From assembly GCA_039799905.1 (NCBI GenBank), contig JBDLRP010000034.1:76802-140801 (forward strand): DNA of 64,000 bases, read 5' to 3'. Positions within the stretch are counted from its first letter, which is position 1. Every line of letters starts with the position of its first letter. The DNA comes from Pseudomonadota bacterium. Lineage in GTDB: Bacteria > Bdellovibrionota_B > Oligoflexia > Silvanigrellales > Silvanigrellaceae. A model generated the notes under the pieces. The model saw nothing but the letters and a program-made list of their open reading frames with translations, was not told the origin of the DNA and searched no databases. A program made the translations under genes and the position numbers. Shown in pieces: positions 19,750 through 28,793 of the stretch.

Positions 19750-21392
19750 TGAGCACCTCTCATCTCAAAAAGAGATAGCCGGCTGAAGTTGTTTGTGCTG
19801 CCGTCGGAGCTGACCTTCACCTCCAAAGTGTCGACGTCACCGCCGCAAACTTTTGGATCGAGAACAAAGAGTGAAGCCGATGTTGTCAGCTGTTTTGTCT
19901 GGTCAGTGTATGGTCCTTTTTGTCCACCTTTTTTGTAGCAGACAATTTCGATCTTCAGTCCGCGAAGGTCCTCAGTTTTCTTGGTTGCTGCGGTCCAGCC
20001 CGCCGCAACATACCTCAGTGGTTTGCCAGGTTGGTAGCCCTTGAGTTTGCTGAACTCAATAACTTTGATTTGATCGGGAGCGTACAAAGTGAGTCCGGTG
20101 AAGTCGTTGTACATGTATGCGTTGCCGTCAATGTCTGCGACTTTTTTTACCGTCAATCCCTTCGAAAGGTCATTTTTGTCATTGACCGACATCACAAACA
20201 CTTGCGATGTGCCGCCACGGACAATACCGACCACGCGACCATCGCCCACAGCACTGATGGGGCCTATACTTCCAGCCTCGGCCGGATTGATGACTGCGCA
20301 CTGATTGTTGGCTTGCGTGCACTCGGCCGGACCGTTGGCAGCAACACATTCAGACTTTGCCACAGTCAGTGATCCACCACTGCTTCCGATGACCACCTCA
20401 TTGACCGGATCATGCGCGAATGTGTACGCACCATTTGATGTAACTACATTTCCGTTCAGGTCACCTGCAAGCGCATAGGCAACATTACCGGTTGTCGACA
20501 TCGTGTAGTTACAAACTTTGCGTCCGGCAGTCCCGACGTTGGGTACGTCTTGAGAGGTGAGTTCGGTCAGCTTCTCGACGTTGACTCCCCACATGCCGCC
20601 GTAATTGGCGCCGAGGAAAAATGCCTTGCTCTTTTGGTCCATAAACGAACCGTAAGCAGCGAAACTGCCGACGGCACTAAAGCCTCCAAAGGCTTGGTTT
20701 AGGTTGCCAAAAGTCTTTTCCTCTTTTCGAGCAATATCGATTCCGTTGGGTTTGCTCTTGTCGATGGGAATTCGGACAAACTTTTTCTGTCCACCGGTCG
20801 TTCCGTAGGCGAAGCCGATGTAGGGCTGACTTCCAACTTTGAATGATGTGACCGAAAGCCTGCTGTCACCGCGTTGATCGGTTGGTTTGAAAATTGGAAT
20901 CGCTTTTCCGGGATTCTTGTCACTTGCAAGCCAAATTCCGCCGTTACTTCCCGTTCGTCCGATGAGGAGTCCCAGTTCGGATACATAAGTTCGATGGCCT
21001 GAGCTCGACGATGGATTTCCATTATCATCCACCATTTGCCATTTTGTTTGTGGCCACCCTGCAGCTTCGTCGAGTTTGATGCGAGTGACTTCACCACCGG
21101 TCACAATCCATGTTTCTGCTTCAGAGGCCGCACTTTGCAGTGCTGTGTCACCTGAAAAGGTGATTCCAACGTTCTCGCCGCCGGGGAAAACCTTTGCCCC
21201 GCGTTCGACAGGTAGTCCAGTGGCGTTGACACTCTCTGGTGTTGCCGCTTTCTTCTTGGGTGGTGCTTTTGATTTGCCGACCGCTGTGTATCCAGTCTCT
21301 GCACACCCGGACAAAAGCAGAATTAATCCGCTGATCAGGCTCACCTGCAGATGTGTCAGCTGCCCGTTGACTTTCAGCCCCCGCATAGGCAC
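19746..21392 (-). CDS. Hypothetical lipoprotein, probable beta-propeller plus C-terminal beta-sandwich
   Basis: Lipobox LSGC; Gly/Ser/Thr-rich beta-strand repeats; YMYNDFTG motif; paired Cys. Confidence 0.7.
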   Translation of the reverse strand: MPMRGLKVNGQLTHLQVSLISGLILLLSGCAETGYTAVGKSKAPPKKKAATPESVNATGLPVERGAKVFPGGENVGITFSGDTALQSAASEAETWIVTGGEVTRIKLDEAAGWPQTKWQMVDDNGNPSSSSGHRTYVSELGLLIGRTGSNGGIWLASDKNPGKAIPIFKPTDQRGDSRLSVTSFKVGSQPYIGFAYGTTGGQKKFVRIPIDKSKPNGIDIARKEEKTFGNLNQAFGGFSAVGSFAAYGSFMDQKSKAFFLGANYGGMWGVNVEKLTELTSQDVPNVGTAGRKVCNYTMSTTGNVAYALAGDLNGNVVTSNGAYTFAHDPVNEVVIGSSGGSLTVAKSECVAANGPAECTQANNQCAVINPAEAGSIGPISAVGDGRVVGIVRGGTSQVFVMSVNDKNDLSKGLTVKKVADIDGNAYMYNDFTGLTLYAPDQIKVIEFSKLKGYQPGKPLRYVAAGWTAATKKTEDLRGLKIEIVCYKKGGQKGPYTDQTKQLTTSASLFVLDPKVCGGDVDTLEVKVSSDGSTNNFSRLSLFEMRGAQ

Positions 21393-21622
21393 TCCTTCCG
21401 CGCGAATCGACGCCCGTCAAAGCTCATTCGCATGATCACGTGTATCTTTTCGGTACTTTGAGTGAAAAAATGAGGGCGAACGTAAATGGCGCCTCTCGAA
21501 ACCGGGAAAATTGCCCTAACTATCTGTCATATTGCTTTTTTTATCCCGGAAGTCGGTCATAATGACTGAGAGACTTGTCGGTGTGCGTCTCGTCGCTCAG
21601 TCTTAACGTGAAGGTGGGTGAA

Positions 21623-22435
21623 ATGAGGCTTCGAAAATCGGGCGGCGTCAGAAAAAAACAGGAAACTTCATGTGTTGTGATCACAGGCGCATCAAGCGGT
21701 ATTGGTGAGGCCACCTTCCGGCTTTTCGCCCAGAGAGGTTTCAAGACCATCGGTGTTGCCCGCCGCGGTGAGCTTCTCAAGAAGTTCTCAGAGGAGTTGA
21801 ATCAAAGCGGCTGCCAGAGTTCATGGTACGAGTGCGATCTGTCAGATCAACAGGCCTCGGTGGATGTGTCGGAGCGCATCCTCGCTGAACATGGAACTCC
21901 CGACGGAGTGATATTCAACGCAGGATTCAGTGCGAATAAACCATTTGAGAAGAATTTTCCGACCGACCGAATGGATGAGATTACATTAAATTACTTAAGT
22001 CCGACGTGGCTGCTTGATGTCTTTCTTCCGCCAGCGAAGGCAAGAGGAAGTGGTCACTTCATTGCGGTCGGTTCACTTGCCGCTTCGACGTCCTTTCCAG
22101 GCAATGCCACGTATGCAGCCAGCAAAGCTGCCCTTGCCGCTCTCTGGCAAAGCTTGGAACACGAGTATTTTCGTGATGGTCTTTCCTTCAGCACAGTGTT
22201 GCCCGGTCTCATCCAGACAGAGATGAGCCGCGATATGAATGCATGGCTGCCGCGCCGCAGCGCACAGAGTGTTGCCGAATTGATTTTTGAAACATTGCAT
22301 AAGCCTGGTATGGCAAAGACCAATGGTCTTGAAAATCAGGCCATACTCGCAATGACGAGGCTCTTTCCGGAAACCACCCAGAGTGTGGTGACACAAATTC
22401 AATCGTTGCTCGCGCCGCGGAAAGGTAAATCGTGA
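21623..22435 (+). CDS. Short-chain dehydrogenase/reductase (SDR)
   Basis: TGASSGIG, NAG, catalytic YAASK, PGLIQTEM. Confidence 0.93.
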   Translation: MRLRKSGGVRKKQETSCVVITGASSGIGEATFRLFAQRGFKTIGVARRGELLKKFSEELNQSGCQSSWYECDLSDQQASVDVSERILAEHGTPDGVIFNAGFSANKPFEKNFPTDRMDEITLNYLSPTWLLDVFLPPAKARGSGHFIAVGSLAASTSFPGNATYAASKAALAALWQSLEHEYFRDGLSFSTVLPGLIQTEMSRDMNAWLPRRSAQSVAELIFETLHKPGMAKTNGLENQAILAMTRLFPETTQSVVTQIQSLLAPRKGKS

Positions 22436-23529
22436 AACCTTGGATCGTGGTGACTGGAAGCTCTGGGCTCATTGGCAGTGAGCTCGTGAATCGGCTCTCT
22501 GAGTTTTATGAGGTTGCAGCTCTCGATGTTTCTCCTCCGCGCATCCGCGACGAGAAGGGAAGAGTTTCTTATTTTGAAGTTGATTTGGGCGATCCACAAG
22601 CCATCCGAGAGTTTTTTGAAACAAACAAACGACCGGTTCAGGGTCTTGTGAATTTGGCTGCGTACTACAATTTCCTCAACCGCCCGTCGCTTCATTGTGA
22701 GCGCCTCAAGCGTGGTTTGTACGAGCTGGCGAGAGCTTACAGATCACTTCGTCTGCCGGAGAGTTGCTTCATACAAGCGAGCAGCATGGCCTGCCTCGAG
22801 CCAGTCGCAAACGGTGTTCTCATCGGCGATGATGCTGAAAGTCATCCGCGCTGGGAGTATCCCCGTTTCAAAAAGGAGTCCGAAGACATCCTTCGCCGTG
22901 AGCTTGCAGATGAAAATTATGTCGAGATGGTCTTGGCTGGTGTTTACACCGACTTCTGTGAGCTTGTTCCGCTGTATCAGTTCATAGAGTCGCATTTGAG
23001 AAATAAAATTCAGCGTTTTTTTTATCCAGGAGACGGAAATCAGGGCCTGACATATGTGCATTTGAGCGAAGTTTGCGAGGCAATCGAGAGACAGCTTAAA
23101 GCAAAAGTTATGCGCCGGCGGTTGCTGATTGGCGAGCCCGAACCGACGACTTATCGGCAGATTGCGACGATCATCGACCTACAGATTCACGGATTTGTGA
23201 TTCCCAAGATCCGCGTTCCCAAGTGGTTTGCGCGTTTCGGAGCTTTCATTCTTTCGAAATTGTTCAAGCGTGAATTTTACCAGCCATGGATGATCGACTT
23301 TGCACAGGAACATTATCATTTTAGCCTTCAGGCGCTCTCGCAGCAACTGAACTGGACACCCTCACGGCGCCTGCGCGACGAACTGCCTGCGATGATCCAC
23401 AATGCAAAACAAAAGCCTGAGAAATGGCGCGAACTAAATTCACAGCGTCCTTGGCACGTCGACGACTGGCCGCAGCTCGAAAGACTGCAGCGGCAGTCAA
23501 TCCAGAAAAGTAATAACGAAACATATTGA
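22432..23529 (+). CDS. NAD-dependent epimerase/dehydratase family protein
   Basis: TGSSGLIG, VNLAAYY, YPRFK (YxxxK), TYVHLSEV; GTGA overlap with the SDR gene. Confidence 0.85.
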   Translation: MKPWIVVTGSSGLIGSELVNRLSEFYEVAALDVSPPRIRDEKGRVSYFEVDLGDPQAIREFFETNKRPVQGLVNLAAYYNFLNRPSLHCERLKRGLYELARAYRSLRLPESCFIQASSMACLEPVANGVLIGDDAESHPRWEYPRFKKESEDILRRELADENYVEMVLAGVYTDFCELVPLYQFIESHLRNKIQRFFYPGDGNQGLTYVHLSEVCEAIERQLKAKVMRRRLLIGEPEPTTYRQIATIIDLQIHGFVIPKIRVPKWFARFGAFILSKLFKREFYQPWMIDFAQEHYHFSLQALSQQLNWTPSRRLRDELPAMIHNAKQKPEKWRELNSQRPWHVDDWPQLERLQRQSIQKSNNETY

Positions 23530-23965
23530 TCTGTATCAATCGTCGAGAGTTGTCTGAAACAGGCTGAGTGGTGTTTCTTGAAGCCCAGTGGAGACTCTCT
23601 GTTTGCGCGTTTTTATGTTTTATAAGTCGCAGATATTCGTTCAAGTGTCTGTAACGCTGGATATCAGAGGGGATTGAAACGCTCACATCACAGCTCGCGA
23701 TCGCCATATGTCCTGCGGTCGGAAAAGTGAATTCCAACCGCATCCGGTATTCTTGATTAATATTTATCTCATTCAGTTGTCATACCGACCGACAACTCTC
23801 TCAGAGCGATGACTGGGATCTCTCCAGTGAGCAACAAATGAGTGGAGTGTTGCTCCCGGATATCTGAAAATAAATCGAACTAAACCGGTTGCGGTAGATG
23901 CAGTTGAGTCAAAATATCCCCTTCACCGTTCGCTGCAACCGGCTTTGATGAATCAGGAGGACTCC

Positions 23966-24718
23966 ATGGAAATGCTCAGTGTCTTTCAATATTCGCTTGT
24001 GTACAACGCATTATCATTTACCTTTGCCTCGATGGCGGCCGCAACGTTATTTCTTTGGCTCGGTCGTTCGCAAGTTTCACATCACTACAAGACAGCGGTC
24101 ACTATTTCGGGACTTGTGTGCGCGATTGCCGCATACCATTACATGAGGATTTTTGAGAGTTGGGAGTCCGCGTATCAGATGAAGGATGGGGCGCTCACTG
24201 CGACGGGTTATGCCTTCAACGATGCCTACCGTTACGTTGACTGGCTGCTGACTGTTCCGCTTTTGTTGATTGAGTTGGTGCTGGTCATGCGGCTTAGTCG
24301 CGAGGAAACTGTCAGCAAGTCGGTGCGGCTGGGATTTGCGGCAGCTCTGATGATTGTGCTCGGTTACCCCGGTGAGATTGCGGCTGACGTTCCAACCCGC
24401 GCACTGTGGGGAACCCTTTCGGCTCTGCCTTTTCTTTATATTCTGTGGGAATTGTTCAAGGGACTTGGAGAATCGATTGAGCGACAGCCCGAGAACGTCC
24501 GTGAGCTGATCAAAAAGGCACGGTTACTCACGCTGGCATCGTGGGGTTTCTATCCGATTGTTTTCATGGCGCCATACATCAATATTTCAGGGCCAGATGC
24601 GCAGACGATCATTCAGGTTGGTTACACGATTGCTGACCTCATCGCAAAAGCGGCATTCGGTGTGATGATTTGGCTGATTGCTGTGCGCAAGTCCGAAGCC
24701 GAAAAGCATGGCGGGTGA
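23966..24718 (+). CDS. Microbial rhodopsin, xanthorhodopsin/Gloeobacter-rhodopsin-like light-driven proton pump
   Basis: Seven hydrophobic helices; AYHY (His), FNDAYRYVDWLLTVPLLLIE (DTE motif), LGYPGE, WGFYPIV, ADLIAK (retinal-binding Lys). SD caggagg before ATG 23966. Confidence 0.96.
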   Translation: MEMLSVFQYSLVYNALSFTFASMAAATLFLWLGRSQVSHHYKTAVTISGLVCAIAAYHYMRIFESWESAYQMKDGALTATGYAFNDAYRYVDWLLTVPLLLIELVLVMRLSREETVSKSVRLGFAAALMIVLGYPGEIAADVPTRALWGTLSALPFLYILWELFKGLGESIERQPENVRELIKKARLLTLASWGFYPIVFMAPYINISGPDAQTIIQVGYTIADLIAKAAFGVMIWLIAVRKSEAEKHGG

Positions 24719-24761
24719 GGGTGCTTGATTGCTTTTGAGTGCTTGTTGGCACTCTGCAGAA

Positions 24762-24802
24762 AGCGCGGCAGTGAGACACTCTGCCGCGCTATTTTTTATT
24801 TT
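24762..24802 (+). terminator. Rho-independent terminator after the rhodopsin gene
   Basis: Stem agcgcggcag/ctgccgcgct followed by attttttattttt. Confidence 0.85.
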
Positions 24803-25204
24803 TCAATTAAACAACAGCACCACAGTTGCTATGGCCAGTGGGCCATCGTGAGCTAAAGAAACATCGATTTTACATTGCCCGCCGCGTTGGTTGACGATGT
24901 TCTGAGCCGCCATTGAAAGTTTGAGGTATGGACGCCCTGAAGCGTCGTTTTCCACCCAAACGTCCTGCGGCCCCATTCCCTCGGTGTACAGGCCTGTTCC
25001 AAGCGCTTTGAAGAATGCCTCCTTTGCTGCAAACCGTGCAGCGAAAGACGCTTCAGGCTTAGCCTTCTGCCGGCAATAATCGATTTCCACGGCAGCGAAA
25101 ACCCTGTTGACGAAGGCCTCTTTGCGGATGGATTTGCTGATTCTTTCAATCTCCACAATGTCGGTGCCTATTCTGATGTCGGTTGGGAGCGGTCCGGCAC
25201 TCAT
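24803..25204 (-). CDS. acpS: Holo-[acyl-carrier-protein] synthase
   Basis: IGTDIVEIERI, FAARFAAKEAFFKALGTG, GRPYL, VSLAHD. Confidence 0.96.
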   Translation of the reverse strand: MSAGPLPTDIRIGTDIVEIERISKSIRKEAFVNRVFAAVEIDYCRQKAKPEASFAARFAAKEAFFKALGTGLYTEGMGPQDVWVENDASGRPYLKLSMAAQNIVNQRGGQCKIDVSLAHDGPLAIATVVLLFN

Positions 25205-26409
25205 GACTTAGCCTCCGGCCGGACGATTTTTGTCACACACGTCCCGCGCTGCAGGCCCGCAAGTCCTGACAAATAGTACTTTGCGCACAAACAGCCGGCT
25301 GGTTGCGAGGAGCAAAAGGGGCCTGCCGCATCTTCGTTGAAGTCACGCAGGAGCAGGCTGCGCCCATGTGCTGCGAGATCCTCGGCGCCGCGATGGATGA
25401 TGGTCTTCAGAAATGAAATGAAGTCATTGTCGCTGTCGAGATTTTTCACGCGTGAAAAAGTTTTAGCACCTTTCGAATGGGCGAGTTCGGAATACTCCAA
25501 ATCAACCTCAACGAGAGTCTCGATGTGGTCAGACACAAATGCCACTGGCCAGACAAGAAAATGTTCGATGCCCGCGGCGCACAGCCGTTCAATACTGCCC
25601 TCGGTGGTTGGCGACATCCATTTCACCGGCCCGACTGCACTCTGCCAGCAGAGTGTCCAGTCGCGTCCTTCGATGAGGTTCAACCTGCGTGTCACTTCCT
25701 GCGCGGTACGGCGGATCTGCAACGGGTAGGGATCACCCTCGGCAACGTAACTGAGCGGAAGGTTGTGCGCGCTGATGAGTAAATACTTGCGTCCGGCCGG
25801 CAGGCTTTGCCAACTTTCTTTGAGGCGCTGTGTCCACAAATCTATGAAGGCAGGTTCGTCGCCGTATGAGGCGAACGAGCGGATGCGCAGGCCTGCGAAG
25901 CGGCTGTCTGTTTGTTTCTCAGCTGCCAGTTCACGCAGGCTCGTGCCCGTTGTGGCGCGGGCGCAATGCGGATATTGCGATAACAACCAGAGTTCATCGA
26001 CGTTTTCCTGCAGGCATTTTTCAAGCACGCTGCGCGCGCGCGGCTCGCTGTAGCGCATCATCGGCGAAACGCCGGCCAACTCATAATGTGGCGAGTTGCC
26101 CGTGGTTGCGGGATTCAAACGTTGCGGTGTCACCGAGGCGAGCTGGGCGGCAAGTGTGGTCGCAACGTTTTGCGTGATGCGCAATTGCGGTGAGCCTCCG
26201 CCCATCAGCTGATAGCGTTTTTTGACTTCGTGAAGGCGTTTTCCAATGATTTTTCCGGCGACAAAATTTTGCAGGAAGCGGCCGAGCGGAATGTCGAGCA
26301 GATCGGGGTCGGTAAAAAGGTTGCGCAAAAACGGCTCGACGTCTTCCTGATTGTTGGGGCCGCCCATATTGTAGAGGGCAATCCACACCCGCTTTGTTAC
26401 GTTTTGCAT
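25201..26409 (-). CDS. hemH: Ferrochelatase with Cys-rich C-terminal extension
   Basis: NMGGP, FLRNLFTD, GGSP, MRYSEP, SAHNLP, GDPY, WQSAVGP..W..P, FVSDHIETL.E.D. Confidence 0.93.
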   Translation of the reverse strand: MQNVTKRVWIALYNMGGPNNQEDVEPFLRNLFTDPDLLDIPLGRFLQNFVAGKIIGKRLHEVKKRYQLMGGGSPQLRITQNVATTLAAQLASVTPQRLNPATTGNSPHYELAGVSPMMRYSEPRARSVLEKCLQENVDELWLLSQYPHCARATTGTSLRELAAEKQTDSRFAGLRIRSFASYGDEPAFIDLWTQRLKESWQSLPAGRKYLLISAHNLPLSYVAEGDPYPLQIRRTAQEVTRRLNLIEGRDWTLCWQSAVGPVKWMSPTTEGSIERLCAAGIEHFLVWPVAFVSDHIETLVEVDLEYSELAHSKGAKTFSRVKNLDSDNDFISFLKTIIHRGAEDLAAHGRSLLLRDFNEDAAGPFCSSQPAGCLCAKYYLSGLAGLQRGTCVTKIVRPEAKS

Positions 26410-26598
26410 GCAACACTCCGTCCGCCTGATGGTTCGCTTCAGCTTACTGTACAAAACTGCCTATGGTATATCCTGACACAATGACAAGTGTTTGTTGGCA
26501 GGACATTCGACAAAGGCGGTTGCCCTTGGAGTCCGGAGGCGCGTATAGTCAGGGGGCGGAGTCCCGCACACTGACTTATTCGAGCAACGGAGTCGTCC

Positions 26599-27183
26599 AT
26601 GCCAAAGATAGAAGAACTCTCGGAACTGCTGGAAGGCAATACGGCCAAGCACCTTTTCCAACAACGCCTGATGGTGCTCAGCGAGCCAATCAATGCCACC
26701 GTTGCCAAGCGAACAATCGAGGCTCTGCTGGCGATGGAAGCAGCCGATGCTCAGAAGGACATCTGGATGTTCATCAACAGCCCGGGTGGCGAGGTGAATT
26801 CGGGCTTTGCCATCTACGACACGATGCGCTTTGTCAGACCAAATGTGAAGTGCATTGTCTCCGGTTTGTGCGCATCGATTGCAACGGTCATTTTGCTGGG
26901 AGCCGACAAGGCGCACCGCTATTCTATGCCCAATAGCCGTATCCTGATTCACCAGCCGTTGATTGGCGGAACCGTGCAGGGACAGGCGACCGACATCGAC
27001 ATCACGGCGCGCGAGATTTTAAAGACACGCGAGAAACTTGTTGAACTTTACAACAAGGAAACCGGCCAGTCGCTCGAGCGTCTGCGCAAGGATGTTGAAC
27101 GCGACTATTGGATGAGTGCACAGGAAGCGCTGGAATATGGCCTAATCACGCGCGTGATCAACGGCTGGGGTGAAGTGCGCTGA
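26599..27183 (+). CDS. clpP: ATP-dependent Clp protease proteolytic subunit
   Basis: FINSPGG, AIYDTM, CASIA (Ser), ILIHQP (His), GQATDI (Asp), RDYWMSAQEALEYGLI. Confidence 0.96.
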   Translation: MPKIEELSELLEGNTAKHLFQQRLMVLSEPINATVAKRTIEALLAMEAADAQKDIWMFINSPGGEVNSGFAIYDTMRFVRPNVKCIVSGLCASIATVILLGADKAHRYSMPNSRILIHQPLIGGTVQGQATDIDITAREILKTREKLVELYNKETGQSLERLRKDVERDYWMSAQEALEYGLITRVINGWGEVR

Positions 27184-28674
27184 GCTGAGCCATTCTTGAA
27201 AAGCGTCTTCCGCACTTTGCAGGGCGTCGGCAACACCGACGCCTTTTTTATACATTCCCGCAAAAAAGATGTTTGGAAAATAAGCCTGAATCCGCCACAA
27301 CGCCTTTTGCCTCTCGTCGTGGCCATGATCGGCAAGTCCGACAGCATTATTCCAGCGGATGATCTCGATGTGCTGCGGGGATTCGCCATCCGGAATCAGC
27401 TCGAGCTTTTTAAGTTCGGAAAGTGTGTAATTCTTGAGTTGTTCGTCGCTCCATGCGGCAAGCGCGGGCTGACGATCGCCGCCAAGCAACACCCTGTAAG
27501 AGTATTGTCCTTCCGGAACGTGCTGCGGATAAATGGAGTGAACGAATAAGACTCCGAGCAGGCCGGTGGATTCCCGCCGCGCGAGGACGCCAAAACCATC
27601 TTTGGTGAGGCTGGTGAGGTGGCCCGCAACGTTGACAACGACCAATGAATGGAGCGGAGTATTCTGCCAGAGCTTCCACTCTGCCTGCGCCTCTGCTTGC
27701 TGCCATTGCAATTCGGCGCACTGCCATGGGGCGGGAGTCCAGAAGACTGAGTCGAACTCATCTGTGCCATTGAGCACGATGCTTCCGTCGGTGTTGCGTC
27801 CGATGGTTTTTACGGGTGTCGAAAAGCGATATTCCAGCGAAGCATCCGCACGCTCATGCCAGCGAGCCAGCTCGCGTTCAAAGGTTTCTGTGAGTGTTTG
27901 CATTCCCTGTGGAAAGCTGAGCAGTCCGCGCGGCCAGCCGTGGCGCAGATTTTTCTCTGCAAGCACAAGAGCCGGAGGCGGTGAAAAGCGGCGTGCCAAA
28001 AGTCCGCGTATCACGCTGCCATGGTTTGTTTCGAGCTCGGGAAGGATGGGAAAGGCGTGGCGCACGAGAAGTTTTTCAGCGCCACCTCCCCAGATTCCGG
28101 TCGCCAGTGGAACGATCAGATTCTCCGCAACCTGTGCACCAAATCTGCGCGCGACGAACTGAAACAAGGTCTCGTTGGGTTCGGGCTGTTGCCTGGGTGC
28201 GCGAAAAATTTCAGAGAGCGCACGGAAAAGGGCGGCGATCGAAAGAAGTCCCGACGTCACCAGGGCCAATGGTCCGCCGAGTGCGGCAATCCGCCCGTGC
28301 GGAGAAATAACGTAACGCGTTTGCCGTCTGTTTTTGGCGTTTGCAGTAATCACGTCGGCGGGTGTCAGGCCGAGATCTTCAAGAGTTCTTAAAAAAGCAA
28401 TACGTGTTGCCAGCACTCCCTGTGCAGCGGCTTCAATCTTGAGGCCCGACTCAAGACGCCGCGTGCCAATCAGGCCACCGGCGCGCCCTGAAACTTCAAA
28501 AAAGGTGATTTTTAAATCACGTCCGTCCGCTCGTTCACTGTGCCAACGCGAGAGCAGGTGAGCAATTCGCAGACCAGTGCTGCCGGCACCGACCACCGCC
28601 ACCCTGAGTGGCGGCAAGTCTCGCTGTTGTGTGCCTAAAGTCTGTGCGCTTTGCGCGGAGTGATTGCGGTTCAT
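27142..28674 (-). CDS. hemY: Protoporphyrinogen oxidase, HemY/HemG FAD-dependent type
   Basis: VAVVGAGSTGL, RAGGLIGT, ETLFQFVARRFG, GIWGG, SFPQGMQTL, GFGVL, GVGVADAL; near hemH. Confidence 0.88.
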   Translation of the reverse strand: MNRNHSAQSAQTLGTQQRDLPPLRVAVVGAGSTGLRIAHLLSRWHSERADGRDLKITFFEVSGRAGGLIGTRRLESGLKIEAAAQGVLATRIAFLRTLEDLGLTPADVITANAKNRRQTRYVISPHGRIAALGGPLALVTSGLLSIAALFRALSEIFRAPRQQPEPNETLFQFVARRFGAQVAENLIVPLATGIWGGGAEKLLVRHAFPILPELETNHGSVIRGLLARRFSPPPALVLAEKNLRHGWPRGLLSFPQGMQTLTETFERELARWHERADASLEYRFSTPVKTIGRNTDGSIVLNGTDEFDSVFWTPAPWQCAELQWQQAEAQAEWKLWQNTPLHSLVVVNVAGHLTSLTKDGFGVLARRESTGLLGVLFVHSIYPQHVPEGQYSYRVLLGGDRQPALAAWSDEQLKNYTLSELKKLELIPDGESPQHIEIIRWNNAVGLADHGHDERQKALWRIQAYFPNIFFAGMYKKGVGVADALQSAEDAFQEWLSSAHFTPAVDHARD

Positions 28675-28793
28675 AGAGGGCAAATCCTGTCGTACGGGCG
28701 AATCATCCGGACACTCACTGGCATGCTGTTCAATCAACAGCCTTCGCGTGTATGATTCCACTCTAATCAACAGCGAGCCAAGGGCCAACCGAC

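Noticed and set aside
23321..23743. 140-aa minus-strand ORF upstream of the rhodopsin
   Set aside because: Overlaps the epimerase 3' end by about 200 bp, no clear SD, no recognisable motif.
23530..23965. tmRNA, RNase P RNA or cobalamin riboswitch in the long intergenic region
   Set aside because: Diagnostic sequences (tRNA-like ends, GAGGAAAGUCC, B12 box) not found on either strand by eye.
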